Shown here piece by piece: positions 48,485 to 58,178 of a stretch of DNA of 64,000 bases; position 1 is the first letter of the stretch, and every line of letters begins with the position of its first letter. The notes beneath the pieces are model-generated. The model was not told the DNA's origin. It searched no databases and saw only the letters and a program-made list of their open reading frames with translations. The stretch is from a virus: positions 49,951-113,950 of the IMG/VR virus record IMGVR_UViG_3300042882_000881; one strand, 5' to 3'. The translations under genes were made by a program, and so were the position numbers.

Positions 48485-49011
48485 ATATTAAAGAAATACC
48501 ATCTATTATGAGAATCTATTTCTGAGCTAGTATTTATACTATTCAAATAGTTCTCGATCTCATTCCATGATGAAAAAATCATTTCATGTGGGATGGTTCC
48601 AAATAACCAATCTGGAGCATTTTGTTTGCCTTGAACCATATGTATTATAATAGGCTTCTTTTGTCTGTTTGCCCAAAAAATTTCTTCCAGAGTTCCACAA
48701 GGATGAGTATCTAAATCAAGATTAACTATAATAAAATCACTAATATCTACCAATCGCAAATCAACTGATCTGATAGACTTCATTAGTCTTGATAGTTCAT
48801 CGTATTCTAAATCTTTTTTATATCTTTTCTTGAGAAGCTGAACTTCCTCATCTTCTTTTCCTATATCTGTAGGTTTTTTTATAGGATTAAACACTATAAT
48901 GCCAAGATTTTCTAGAAATGGAGTTATACTATCTCTCCAACCTATGCCCCTGTCTGGTACTCTATCCATAGCACCAGCGAGATAAACCCGTTGATTTTTT
49001 AGCCTATTCAC
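48481..49011 (-). CDS. Nucleoside 2-deoxyribosyltransferase-like protein
   Basis: VYLAGAM, FNP, DL..VD.SD, GTLEEI. Confidence 0.75.
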   Translation of the reverse strand: MNRLKNQRVYLAGAMDRVPDRGIGWRDSITPFLENLGIIVFNPIKKPTDIGKEDEEVQLLKKRYKKDLEYDELSRLMKSIRSVDLRLVDISDFIIVNLDLDTHPCGTLEEIFWANRQKKPIIIHMVQGKQNAPDWLFGTIPHEMIFSSWNEIENYLNSINTSSEIDSHNRWYFFNI

Positions 49012-49073
49012 CGTATCCTAGTCCTTTCAAACACCCGATTATCAATGCTATTGAAAAAATAATTACATACATA

Positions 49074-49811
49074 TTAATTAAAAATTGTATACCACAATCT
49101 CTCCATGATGAATCCGTGTGACCAATCTTTTAAAACAAAATTCTTCAATTTAATATAAAAATCTTTATCATTTTTTAGAATTTTATCTTTACTAACACCA
49201 AAGATACCACCATAATTAAATTTTAAGAATCCACAATAAGGTATATTTAGATCCAATATATGATATACATGTTTTAATGTTTTAGTAATATCTGTGATTC
49301 GATGAACGTTCCTATAATGACTTAAAGTTCCAAGTATACCCCTATCAGTATATCCTATAGGATATAATCTTTCTTCAACTGTTTCCATATATATTTGATA
49401 TGGTCCAACATATTCACGAGTATCATATAAAATATTCTCAATTGGTGGAACACGTTCATTAATTTTCCATCCATGAGTCAATGGTTGAAATGATTTAAAC
49501 TCTTGATTTTTGATCATATAAAGAACTATATCAATAAATTCTGGAGAATGATCGAATGGATCTGCTTGAGAAAATATAATATAATCATCAATATTATCTA
49601 AATTATTTATTATATGTGTTAAATGAGTGTCTGACTCTCTACCCCAATTTGGGTTATTTGATAAATTAATAATTTCTGTTTTATATATTTTATTTAAGCT
49701 TAACTCTGGTCCTTTATTATAAATAATAGCATTATCTGCTATTACAGGATAATCATATATCCAAGATATATCTTCATTGTATCTTGCAAAAATAAATTTA
49801 GGTGTTATCAT
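49074..49811 (-). CDS. DUF3431-like protein (GT-A-related)
   Basis: ARYNEDISW, IYNKG, GRESDTHL.HII, FSQADPFDH, MERLW. Confidence 0.7.
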   Translation of the reverse strand: MITPKFIFARYNEDISWIYDYPVIADNAIIYNKGPELSLNKIYKTEIINLSNNPNWGRESDTHLTHIINNLDNIDDYIIFSQADPFDHSPEFIDIVLYMIKNQEFKSFQPLTHGWKINERVPPIENILYDTREYVGPYQIYMETVEERLYPIGYTDRGILGTLSHYRNVHRITDITKTLKHVYHILDLNIPYCGFLKFNYGGIFGVSKDKILKNDKDFYIKLKNFVLKDWSHGFIMERLWYTIFN

Positions 49812-49812
49812 A

Positions 49813-50901
49813 TTAAGCCTTATTATATATATTCATAGCAGAACCGATAATCTGATGCATATCATAATACTTATATTCTGCTAATCTTCCCCCAAAAATA
49901 TATTTATTATTTAATGAAGAAAGTTTTTTATAATTATTGTAAATTGTATTATTTAATTCATTATTAATAGGATAGTATTCATCTAATCCTGGTTTCCAAT
50001 TTTGAGGATATTCTTTAGATACTATCGTATTTGTACTATTATGAGTTGTAAAGTGCTTATGCTCTATAGTTCTTGTATATGGAATAGATTCACTAGTATA
50101 ATTTATTATAGCATTTCCCTGATAATCTTCTATTTGATATTCTGAGATTTCAAATCTTAAACTTCTATAAGATAGAGTTCCATGAGAGTAATCAAAAAAC
50201 TTATCTATAGGGCCGGTATAAAGCACTCTCTTAGCCAAGGAATCGTAATAATCTTTCTTCTCAAGATAATCACAATGCAAATCTAAATCTATTCCATCTA
50301 TCATGTTGGATATCATCTTCGTATAACCATACTCTGGTATGCCCTGATATTTGTCAAAAAAATAGTTATCATCAAAATTTAATCTGATGGGCAGTCTTTT
50401 AATGATGAAAGATGGAAGATTTCTTGGTTCTGTGTTCCATTGCTTTTTTGTATATCCATATATGAAAGTATAATATATTTCTTCTCCAACTTGAGAAAGA
50501 ATCCATTCTTCTAAATTTTTTGGATCTTCTATTTTAATTTTTACATTATCTAATTTTGTTCTTGCTTCTTCTGGAGTTTTAATATTCCATAGCTGATAAA
50601 GAGTCATTAAATTGATAGGAAATGAATATATTTTATCATTAAAATTAACTTTTGGTCTATTAATATAATTACTAAACTTAGTAAATTTATTAACATAATT
50701 CCATATATTATCATTATTGGTATGAAAAACATGTGGGCCATACATATGAACATCTATGCCGGACACATTCTTAGTGTAACAATTGCCACCTATATGATCT
50801 CTTTTATCAATGATAAGACATTTCTTACCATCTTCTTTGGCTAATTGTGCGAATGTTGATCCAAATAAACCCGAACCAACAATAAGATAGTCGTACTTCA
50901 T
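49813..50901 (-). CDS. glf: UDP-galactopyranose mutase
   Basis: GSGLFG, HIGGNCY, YGPHVFHT, YRSL.F, GRLAEYKYYDMH. Confidence 0.95.
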   Translation of the reverse strand: MKYDYLIVGSGLFGSTFAQLAKEDGKKCLIIDKRDHIGGNCYTKNVSGIDVHMYGPHVFHTNNDNIWNYVNKFTKFSNYINRPKVNFNDKIYSFPINLMTLYQLWNIKTPEEARTKLDNVKIKIEDPKNLEEWILSQVGEEIYYTFIYGYTKKQWNTEPRNLPSFIIKRLPIRLNFDDNYFFDKYQGIPEYGYTKMISNMIDGIDLDLHCDYLEKKDYYDSLAKRVLYTGPIDKFFDYSHGTLSYRSLRFEISEYQIEDYQGNAIINYTSESIPYTRTIEHKHFTTHNSTNTIVSKEYPQNWKPGLDEYYPINNELNNTIYNNYKKLSSLNNKYIFGGRLAEYKYYDMHQIIGSAMNIYNKA

Positions 50902-51428
50902 TTCTTAATATATATAAACGTATTAATATTGCCCCAGATATCATCTATCAAATCTGCAATAAATAACCAGTTTCCGCCAGCTAATCCGCTACCAAATTTG
51001 GGAGCATGAATTTCTACTCTAGATTCTGTATTATTTGCTAAATTTTTACAAAAAGTATTTACGTCTATCATAGATCGTACTAAAGAAGGATAATGGAGAG
51101 GTCTTTTATTTTTAGAATTTATAAGTCCATTTTGAGCTATCATATTAGCAACAATAATTTTATTATGCTTTTTAGTTTCAGCAGTAATAAACTGTGTGTG
51201 TCCTAATTTTTGTGATCCATTAACATGGAAATTAGCTTTAACAGAAGGATACTTCTCTGATAATGCGTCAGCAAACCCAGCGCCAAAAGCATTAACATTA
51301 TTACAAACATGTGGGATAATAATAGATATTTGATCATTAGATGAAATAATCCTTGATGTCATATCAAAGATATTCTCGTTTGATAAATTAAACGAATTTG
51401 TATTTTTGTGCAAATTTGATATTTTCAT
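50898..51428 (-). CDS. Macrodomain ADP-ribosylhydrolase (TARG1/DarG-like class)
   Basis: HVCNN..AFGAGFA, PKFGSGLAGGNW. Confidence 0.8.
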   Translation of the reverse strand: MKISNLHKNTNSFNLSNENIFDMTSRIISSNDQISIIIPHVCNNVNAFGAGFADALSEKYPSVKANFHVNGSQKLGHTQFITAETKKHNKIIVANMIAQNGLINSKNKRPLHYPSLVRSMIDVNTFCKNLANNTESRVEIHAPKFGSGLAGGNWLFIADLIDDIWGNINTFIYIKK

Positions 51429-51444
51429 ACAGTCCTCCTAGAGC

Positions 51445-51473
51445 ATTGTAACCGCGATCACACAGAAAGTCAA
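51445..51473 (-). promoter_or_regulatory. Sigma70-type promoter of the macrodomain/glf operon
   Basis: TTGACT-N17-TACAAT followed by an AGGAGG RBS. Confidence 0.7.
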
Positions 51474-51712
51474 ATCAGCTTTTTCCATTTTCCCATAGGA
51501 CATTCTTGGTCGGCCCATGCTAATTTATTCATAAAAATACGCTTATTATTAATATTACATCCACAAACTAAACATTGCTGTTGTATCTTTTCGTGATATT
51601 CACAAGAATTACACACATCTAGTCTCTCATTAATTTGAGCCTGAGTTGATTTTGGAAATCCTAGCCATATATGCCAAGATAGTGATTTAAGAAATGTTAA
51701 TATTTTTCTCAT
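51470..51712 (-). CDS. DUF6171-like Cys-rich small protein
   Basis: RLDVCNSC...CLVCGC...CPMGKW. Confidence 0.65.
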   Translation of the reverse strand: MRKILTFLKSLSWHIWLGFPKSTQAQINERLDVCNSCEYHEKIQQQCLVCGCNINNKRIFMNKLAWADQECPMGKWKKLI

Positions 51713-51932
51713 TAGTAATATCCTTTTTTAAGTTAACAATATTGTTGTCATTATCAATATAATACACCGGCGTCTTATCTATGATATCAGATGATTCAAA
51801 CCATCTTTGAGTACCATCGACAAGGTTGGTGCATAATCTTGAGCCATTTTTTTTAAAATCTGTGGTCAAAATAAACTTATCTTCTTTATAAGAGAATGTT
51901 TCTCCATTAGCTAATTCTTCAATATAATTCAT
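51687..51932 (-). CDS. Small hypothetical protein
   Basis: ORF in operon. Confidence 0.5.
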   Translation of the reverse strand: MNYIEELANGETFSYKEDKFILTTDFKKNGSRLCTNLVDGTQRWFESSDIIDKTPVYYIDNDNNIVNLKKDITNEKNINIS

Positions 51933-52104
51933 CTATATCTTCCTCCCAATTATCTTCTGTTAAGTGTTGTTTTTTTCTTTTAAATTCTTTGTTCCTTTTT
52001 GCAACATCCCCATATTCTTCAGGATATTGCGTAGTTTTTTTGACATCTCTCTTTTTCTTATTAAATTTTTCTCTTCTGTAGTCTTTATTATTAAAATCTG
52101 TCAT
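51919..52104 (-). CDS. Small charged hypothetical protein
   Basis: Basic N-terminus, acidic tail. Confidence 0.5.
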   Translation of the reverse strand: MTDFNNKDYRREKFNKKKRDVKKTTQYPEEYGDVAKRNKEFKRKKQHLTEDNWEEDIDELY

Positions 52105-52105
52105 A

Positions 52106-52708
52106 TTAATTCTCTATCAAATGTTTAAATTGAGGATTAACGCGAAGGTCATGAAAACCAAATGAATTATAATTATAATATCCGCCGTATTCTGTTGAAA
52201 ATCTATATGCTATATTAGGTGGTGCATATTTGCAATCTTTATTAATAAAATCATTTCTATGTTTAACACATAAGGCAACGTCGTCTGGATCATTAACAAT
52301 ATAATTATTATCAAATAATATTTTTTGGGTTTCCAGAAACTTTTTACTTTTCATACAAAATCCACCATTTCCACAAATATTATTCCACCAATGCCAAGGA
52401 GCCCCAATATAATCGTATTCAAAAAAAGAATCTGTCCAAGCATAAGGATTTACTATAAATCCATCCCAATGTATACTTAATACGAAATCAGAATCTATAT
52501 AATATGGAAGTTTTTGAATTATAAAATTGTCATATTCTCTTATAGAATTTAATCTATTAATTTTTATAGTATATTCCGTATCGGCATCTGTAAGATATTT
52601 AATATCATAAAAATTTGCATATTTTTTACAAATATCTATTGCCTTAAGTGTATATTCTATTTTTGTTGATCCAATAGCAACTAATGTTGTATTTTTAAGG
52701 TCTATCAT
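52106..52708 (-). CDS. DUF5672-like GT-A protein
   Basis: HWDGFI, YDYIGAPW, GNGGF, FGFH. Confidence 0.75.
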   Translation of the reverse strand: MIDLKNTTLVAIGSTKIEYTLKAIDICKKYANFYDIKYLTDADTEYTIKINRLNSIREYDNFIIQKLPYYIDSDFVLSIHWDGFIVNPYAWTDSFFEYDYIGAPWHWWNNICGNGGFCMKSKKFLETQKILFDNNYIVNDPDDVALCVKHRNDFINKDCKYAPPNIAYRFSTEYGGYYNYNSFGFHDLRVNPQFKHLIEN

Positions 52709-53523
52709 TATAAATAATCTTTTATTTTATCTTGTACCCACGAGGCAGGTTTTTTAGCAGTAGATTGTACTACTGTAAACCAGTGGTCTGGTTTGTCGAA
52801 AGATTTAGCTGGATCCCATGATTCGGTCTCACTTTCATACCATATAGAATTACTGTATAATAAATAATTTTTATCTTGACAATGATATTTTTCAAGCATT
52901 CCTGTATTATGTGCATAAATATGGTATAAACAATATTCTGTCCATACATTTTTTTTATAGTCCATATGAAGATAATTTAATAAATTTTCATAATAATTTT
53001 TATTGTATAGAAGAGTTAAATATTTATCTAATCCTGATAATATTTTTTTCGAAAAAACAAATGGAGTAACATTTATTGTTTTATTAGCATCAAATTTAAA
53101 TGGCAATTTTAATATATTTGATGAAGCTGAATACCAGTTGATATAAGATCCTCCACTAGATAGATTGATTTTTATTTTTGATTTTTTAACTATATCATTA
53201 TATGATAATGGTTTATTTAAAAAACAATCACAATCAACAGACAGTATAGTATCAGATGAACAAATTTTATGAGAAGATAATTTTATTAGTTGCTGTTTCC
53301 ACCATCCTAATTCGTCAAATTTTTTATTAGAAAAAGACGGAAATAACTCTGTTTCTTTTATGGGTATAATATTATTTGATGAAATTGGACTTTTTCCTGA
53401 TGGAGAAACTAGGAATAGTCGATAATCATCAATCTTAAGAAATTTCTCTAAAGATTTCCATAAAATTATAAATCTATCCTTATCTCGTTCAATATAAGGA
53501 CAAATGATATCCAAGCTACTCAT
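52708..53523 (-). CDS. DUF6492-like GT-A protein
   Basis: GWWKQQLIKL, DCD (DxD), WTEY.LY. Confidence 0.7.
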   Translation of the reverse strand: MSSLDIICPYIERDKDRFIILWKSLEKFLKIDDYRLFLVSPSGKSPISSNNIIPIKETELFPSFSNKKFDELGWWKQQLIKLSSHKICSSDTILSVDCDCFLNKPLSYNDIVKKSKIKINLSSGGSYINWYSASSNILKLPFKFDANKTINVTPFVFSKKILSGLDKYLTLLYNKNYYENLLNYLHMDYKKNVWTEYCLYHIYAHNTGMLEKYHCQDKNYLLYSNSIWYESETESWDPAKSFDKPDHWFTVVQSTAKKPASWVQDKIKDYL

Positions 53524-53530
53524 GATCTTA

Positions 53531-53857
53531 TCAGGTTATTCTTTCAAGTCCTGACATTAAAGAAGGATCTCTTTTTAGATGTGATACTGCTATACTAAGA
53601 ATATTATTTGGAATTAGATAAACTCCATGAATAGTATAGTCTTGTTTATAACCTGTTTCACATTCAATAACAGTAATTTGATATTGTGCGTGTTCTTTTA
53701 GTTCTTTAATATTAACTATTGCAGAAATTTTTTCAGCAGTATTATGTGGGTCTGATTTTCCAGAACCAACATTATCTGATGCGAAAGTTTTTTCTTTAAT
53801 AAAATAAACAATACCATCTTCAAATTTGGCTAAATTATAAGTTAATTGATTACTCAT
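53531..53857 (-). CDS. Hypothetical protein
   Basis: 108-aa ORF. Confidence 0.5.
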   Translation of the reverse strand: MSNQLTYNLAKFEDGIVYFIKEKTFASDNVGSGKSDPHNTAEKISAIVNIKELKEHAQYQITVIECETGYKQDYTIHGVYLIPNNILSIAVSHLKRDPSLMSGLERIT

Positions 53858-53878
53858 GATATTCTATGGTTTTAATTA

Positions 53879-55945
53879 TTATCCAGGGAAAACATATGCT
53901 CCGTTGCATGTGTCTGAACAATAGTTATTATAGCCATACCAAATTCCTCCGCCACCCTCACATTGCATTTTTGCTGTCATATCAGCATCCCACAATATTA
54001 CACAATTGCCATTATTTTGGCCACCTATTATACCAACACAACATCCACCCCATTTACCAGTACCGGTATTAGTATTAACTACTGGTTTATCTGATATTAC
54101 TTGTGTTGTTATGCAACTGCTATCACTACATACAGTATTATAACCATTCCAAGTGCCACCATAACCATAACATACATCTTCTGCCTTTTGATATGGAGTA
54201 TCATTTAAAACTACACATGCTTCTCTATATGGACTATCTTCATAACAACAAGCTCCAGCAGTTTGCTTAGGAATATCTAAACTATCACAAACAGCATCAT
54301 GGCAAGATTTATTTGGTGTGAAAACAGTATCTGGACCCACACATTGATCACTTGTTGTTTGTTGACATACTATTCTAGATTCAATATTTCCCTTATAGAA
54401 TACTGGTTCATAAGTTCTTATGCCTTGAGCTTTGGTAACATCTTGAGTAGAAATATCAATTTTGAAATTATAAAATACTGTTTTAGGATTCCAAGATACA
54501 TCAAAAGATGTATTTTGTGGTAAATAACTACCAGTATCATAAGAATTTGTTCCTAAGAAAAGAGAAACATCAAGAATATCTACTACTCCGTCATAATTAA
54601 AGTCTCCCTCAAACCAATGAGCAAATTCACCATTATCATATTTATTTGAAGCTAATATATCAGAAACGTCTAATATATCAATTACTCCGTCTAAATTAGT
54701 ATCTCCTGGTGCTGCCCAAGCAACAGTTGTAGAGCCATCATCATTAAATTTATAGCCAATGCTCTTTATTCCGTTAACATCAATGTCTGTTACAAATCCA
54801 ACATCACCATCCCATGATCCACCATTTCTGCCACTGATTAATAAATTTCTAAGATCAGCTGAATTAATACCATTTTGAGCAATATTTATACGACCATATC
54901 CAATATTTATTTTACCATATAGATTAAGATCAGTATTATTTGATGTATATGAGAAACCGCTATTTCCACCGTCTCTTACATCACTACCAAAATCAATACT
55001 ATTAACACTGATTGTAGAATTTCCAAGAATACCAAATCCACATGTGAAAAGTTTACCAAATGTTATTTTGGTATCTGTGGAAGTAAAACCTGTTTCAACG
55101 CCTGGTTTTAGTATACAATTACCTTCTTGAATATTTAAAACTTTACATATTGGAGGTAATACTGGAGGATTTGATACTGGAGGAGGAATTATAACTACAG
55201 TACCAGGACCAGTTTTAGTAATTCTTGGATCTAATTGACATGTTTTTACTTCTCCTTCTCCAACATATATCACAGTTGTTTCTTGATCTGGATTATTATC
55301 GTCTCTTTCTACAACTGGACAACATTGATCTGGAACGCAGTTTCTAACTGAAACATCTATGTAATGAGTATCTATTGATGTTCCGGGAGGAAATAGTGAT
55401 CCTCCATCATCACAGGTTACGCATGGGAATGAGTCTCTTTCTACGCAGTTTCCATTGATACAATCTTCACATTCTTCACAAGCAGGATCACACTCATTAT
55501 CATCTCTTGGTACAACTGGACAACAACCACCCTCTGTAGAAACCTGTGCTGTAATATCAATATAAAAATCATCAATTGAATTATCTCCTAACCCACAATT
55601 AACACATGGATATAGTTGTGGGTTTGGTGGTTTAGGAAGAACAGGACAGCACTCAGCATCACCAGCAGCATCTATTGCTACTTGAGCATTTGTGTTTACA
55701 TAATGTGTTTCAGCATTGGTTCCCGGAGTAAAACCACAATTAAAACAATTTTTTGTTCTTGGTAATGTTGGACAACAAGAATTTTCAGCATCTCTTCTAA
55801 CAAGAACAGAGGTATCTTGATAATGAGTGTCTATATTTGTTCCTGGTGGAAATGCACATGCTTCACAAGGAATCATATCTCCACCAGATCCAGAGCCTGA
55901 ACCTTCAGTATATGAGAATGTTTTTGGAAAAATATATTCAGACAT
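53879..55945 (-). CDS. Cys-rich mosaic protein: four CxxC..CCP repeats, planctomycete-type dockerin-like module, GACC repeats
   Basis: GDTNLDGVIDILD and GDFNYDGVVDILD; GRNGGSW; AGACC and WGGCC. Confidence 0.7.
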   Translation of the reverse strand: MSEYIFPKTFSYTEGSGSGSGGDMIPCEACAFPPGTNIDTHYQDTSVLVRRDAENSCCPTLPRTKNCFNCGFTPGTNAETHYVNTNAQVAIDAAGDAECCPVLPKPPNPQLYPCVNCGLGDNSIDDFYIDITAQVSTEGGCCPVVPRDDNECDPACEECEDCINGNCVERDSFPCVTCDDGGSLFPPGTSIDTHYIDVSVRNCVPDQCCPVVERDDNNPDQETTVIYVGEGEVKTCQLDPRITKTGPGTVVIIPPPVSNPPVLPPICKVLNIQEGNCILKPGVETGFTSTDTKITFGKLFTCGFGILGNSTISVNSIDFGSDVRDGGNSGFSYTSNNTDLNLYGKINIGYGRINIAQNGINSADLRNLLISGRNGGSWDGDVGFVTDIDVNGIKSIGYKFNDDGSTTVAWAAPGDTNLDGVIDILDVSDILASNKYDNGEFAHWFEGDFNYDGVVDILDVSLFLGTNSYDTGSYLPQNTSFDVSWNPKTVFYNFKIDISTQDVTKAQGIRTYEPVFYKGNIESRIVCQQTTSDQCVGPDTVFTPNKSCHDAVCDSLDIPKQTAGACCYEDSPYREACVVLNDTPYQKAEDVCYGYGGTWNGYNTVCSDSSCITTQVISDKPVVNTNTGTGKWGGCCVGIIGGQNNGNCVILWDADMTAKMQCEGGGGIWYGYNNYCSDTCNGAYVFPG

Positions 55946-55958
55946 TATTAGCCTCTCT

Positions 55959-58154
55959 TTATTGTTTATCTACTGATAATATTATACAATTACCTTCAAT
56001 CTTATTAACTGTTGTTTTCCAATCTGAAGTTGCCTGACCATTATTCATAACCGAAAAGTCAGATTCTATTTTTGAATTATCATAACTTACGCTATTCATA
56101 TAATTATCAAATACTGTTGGATTATTAAAACATAATTTAACAATACTTCCATCATTTAACATAGTAAAGTTAACATCAGAAGAAGATACAACTGATCCTG
56201 TATTACTACGATATGCTGGTATGGTTACGGTCTTAGTGTGAATGACAGAATTTGTTAAAATTAATGGATCAATAGTTTTTGTAGCAACAATAGAACAGCA
56301 GGCTCCGTTTACTACTCCGGGATTATCTGAACCAATTGTTGGATTTGTCTGTTCGTATATTGAACAATCTCTTGGACCAATAAAAATAGTGGTAACTGTT
56401 GAATCATCTAATGGAACGCACTGTATACCACCAGATGAACACGATGGAGGATTATATCCGCCAAGTCCGTCTGGTTGTGCTGGTTGCCAGAAGCCTTCAA
56501 GATTGCTACACTCAGATTGAGTATTAACTTTGCAACCCCATACTTCTGGATCTGTTTCTGTTATATAACAGCAAGTTCCCAAAGCAGATGGATATGATCT
56601 TGGAATATCAAATTGACAATTTGCTTCTGAACAATCAACACCAGTAGTAAAATAACTTTCTACAATTACAACTTTATTTTCTGGATTTGTCAATAAGTCT
56701 TCATTTAATCTATCAATTGTGCAACCTTCAGAAGTCATATCTGATAAGCAACCAATTCTGTAAACAGATTTGGCATCAACACTCATAAAACAACAAGTTC
56801 CAGTGCCAATATCGTTAGCAAACTTTTTCTGATATTCAAGTTTTAATCTAGAAAATTCTGTAGGATTGGTTTCTGATAGAAATTTCGCAGTATTTGGAAT
56901 GTACCTAACAATGATCTGTTCTGGTATAAGTACTTCTGGTTCACGATCAACAATGATTTCAATTAATTGACCAGTATTCGTATCAAATAAGATCACAAGA
57001 TTCTTATTACTAACCGGTGGGGCCGGATTAGCAATTGTTGGTGCTGGGGTTATATAGATATATTTTCTTATTATGTTTGATTGATCATTCTGAAAAGAGT
57101 TTGTATCTCTTACTAGTTTATAATCATTATCTAGTTTCCAAGTTTCTAAAAATACTTTATATATATTAGCATCAGGTATTCCTTGACTATTTGTATATGT
57201 TGGTTGTCCAGTAGCAGGGTCGATACCGCCTTCTATATATCCATAGAATAAGACAACAGCATTTTTATATTTTTCATCAAACTGTGGATGACTTTTATTA
57301 ATATCTACCCATTTTTGATATACTGAGATAAATTCTTTTGCTGGACCATATGAATTTACTGCTATTGGTCTATTCTTTACATTAGCATCATCTAATTCAT
57401 ACAATACATTGCAATGTAAATCACCATTAGGAGGAGGGTTCATTAAACAGCTGGCACATAAACCGGGAGATGTTTTTGAATGCTTGCAAGTGACACTGCT
57501 TGAGCTTGTTGTTATTCCTGTATTAGTCAACTCTAAAGAAAGAAATGGACCTTGAAACCATGGCATTTTACCATGTTGAGGACATCCAGTATTTCCTGGC
57601 ATATCTATACATCTATCTTCATCTGGATATGCTGGCATACTACCAATATTTGTAGGATTAGAACTCAATAGTCTTTTCCATGTTGTTGCATTCCTACCAT
57701 TTAATAAATAATCTTTACCTTGATAAGTTATTTTTTCAGGCAAAGCAACTGTTGGAACACCAATTTTTAATTTTCCACCATTTAATTCTACATATTGTTT
57801 TAACTGTAAATACGCTACTGGATCATCAACTATTTCTGGAAATATTTTGGTAGGATTATTCTCTAACCATGTTTTGATAAAAGGAAGTGTTGGACAATCT
57901 CCACATTTTGGAACTTCATCAAATGCCAATAGTCTTATTATAACGTCTCCACTCTCCCATGCTGATAATCTCCAATCGTGATATAGTTGACTATTGCTGT
58001 AGTCACCAATATTACCTACTGGGCTAACAGGAGGAGCACCAAGAAATTGAAAGCAATTATACCAAATACACTTGGTAATATAATCTCCAACCATACATTC
58101 GCCGTCTACTGGTGGATATCTATTGTCGATTAGTAAAGGATCTAATTGGCCCAT
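55959..58154 (-). CDS. Cys-rich protein with G(A/T)CC repeats
   Basis: GTCCFM, LGTCCYI...TQSEC..LEGFW, NGACCS. Confidence 0.6.
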   Translation of the reverse strand: MGQLDPLLIDNRYPPVDGECMVGDYITKCIWYNCFQFLGAPPVSPVGNIGDYSNSQLYHDWRLSAWESGDVIIRLLAFDEVPKCGDCPTLPFIKTWLENNPTKIFPEIVDDPVAYLQLKQYVELNGGKLKIGVPTVALPEKITYQGKDYLLNGRNATTWKRLLSSNPTNIGSMPAYPDEDRCIDMPGNTGCPQHGKMPWFQGPFLSLELTNTGITTSSSSVTCKHSKTSPGLCASCLMNPPPNGDLHCNVLYELDDANVKNRPIAVNSYGPAKEFISVYQKWVDINKSHPQFDEKYKNAVVLFYGYIEGGIDPATGQPTYTNSQGIPDANIYKVFLETWKLDNDYKLVRDTNSFQNDQSNIIRKYIYITPAPTIANPAPPVSNKNLVILFDTNTGQLIEIIVDREPEVLIPEQIIVRYIPNTAKFLSETNPTEFSRLKLEYQKKFANDIGTGTCCFMSVDAKSVYRIGCLSDMTSEGCTIDRLNEDLLTNPENKVVIVESYFTTGVDCSEANCQFDIPRSYPSALGTCCYITETDPEVWGCKVNTQSECSNLEGFWQPAQPDGLGGYNPPSCSSGGIQCVPLDDSTVTTIFIGPRDCSIYEQTNPTIGSDNPGVVNGACCSIVATKTIDPLILTNSVIHTKTVTIPAYRSNTGSVVSSSDVNFTMLNDGSIVKLCFNNPTVFDNYMNSVSYDNSKIESDFSVMNNGQATSDWKTTVNKIEGNCIILSVDKQ

Positions 58155-58178
58155 GTTATGTTACCCCTATAATTAGTT

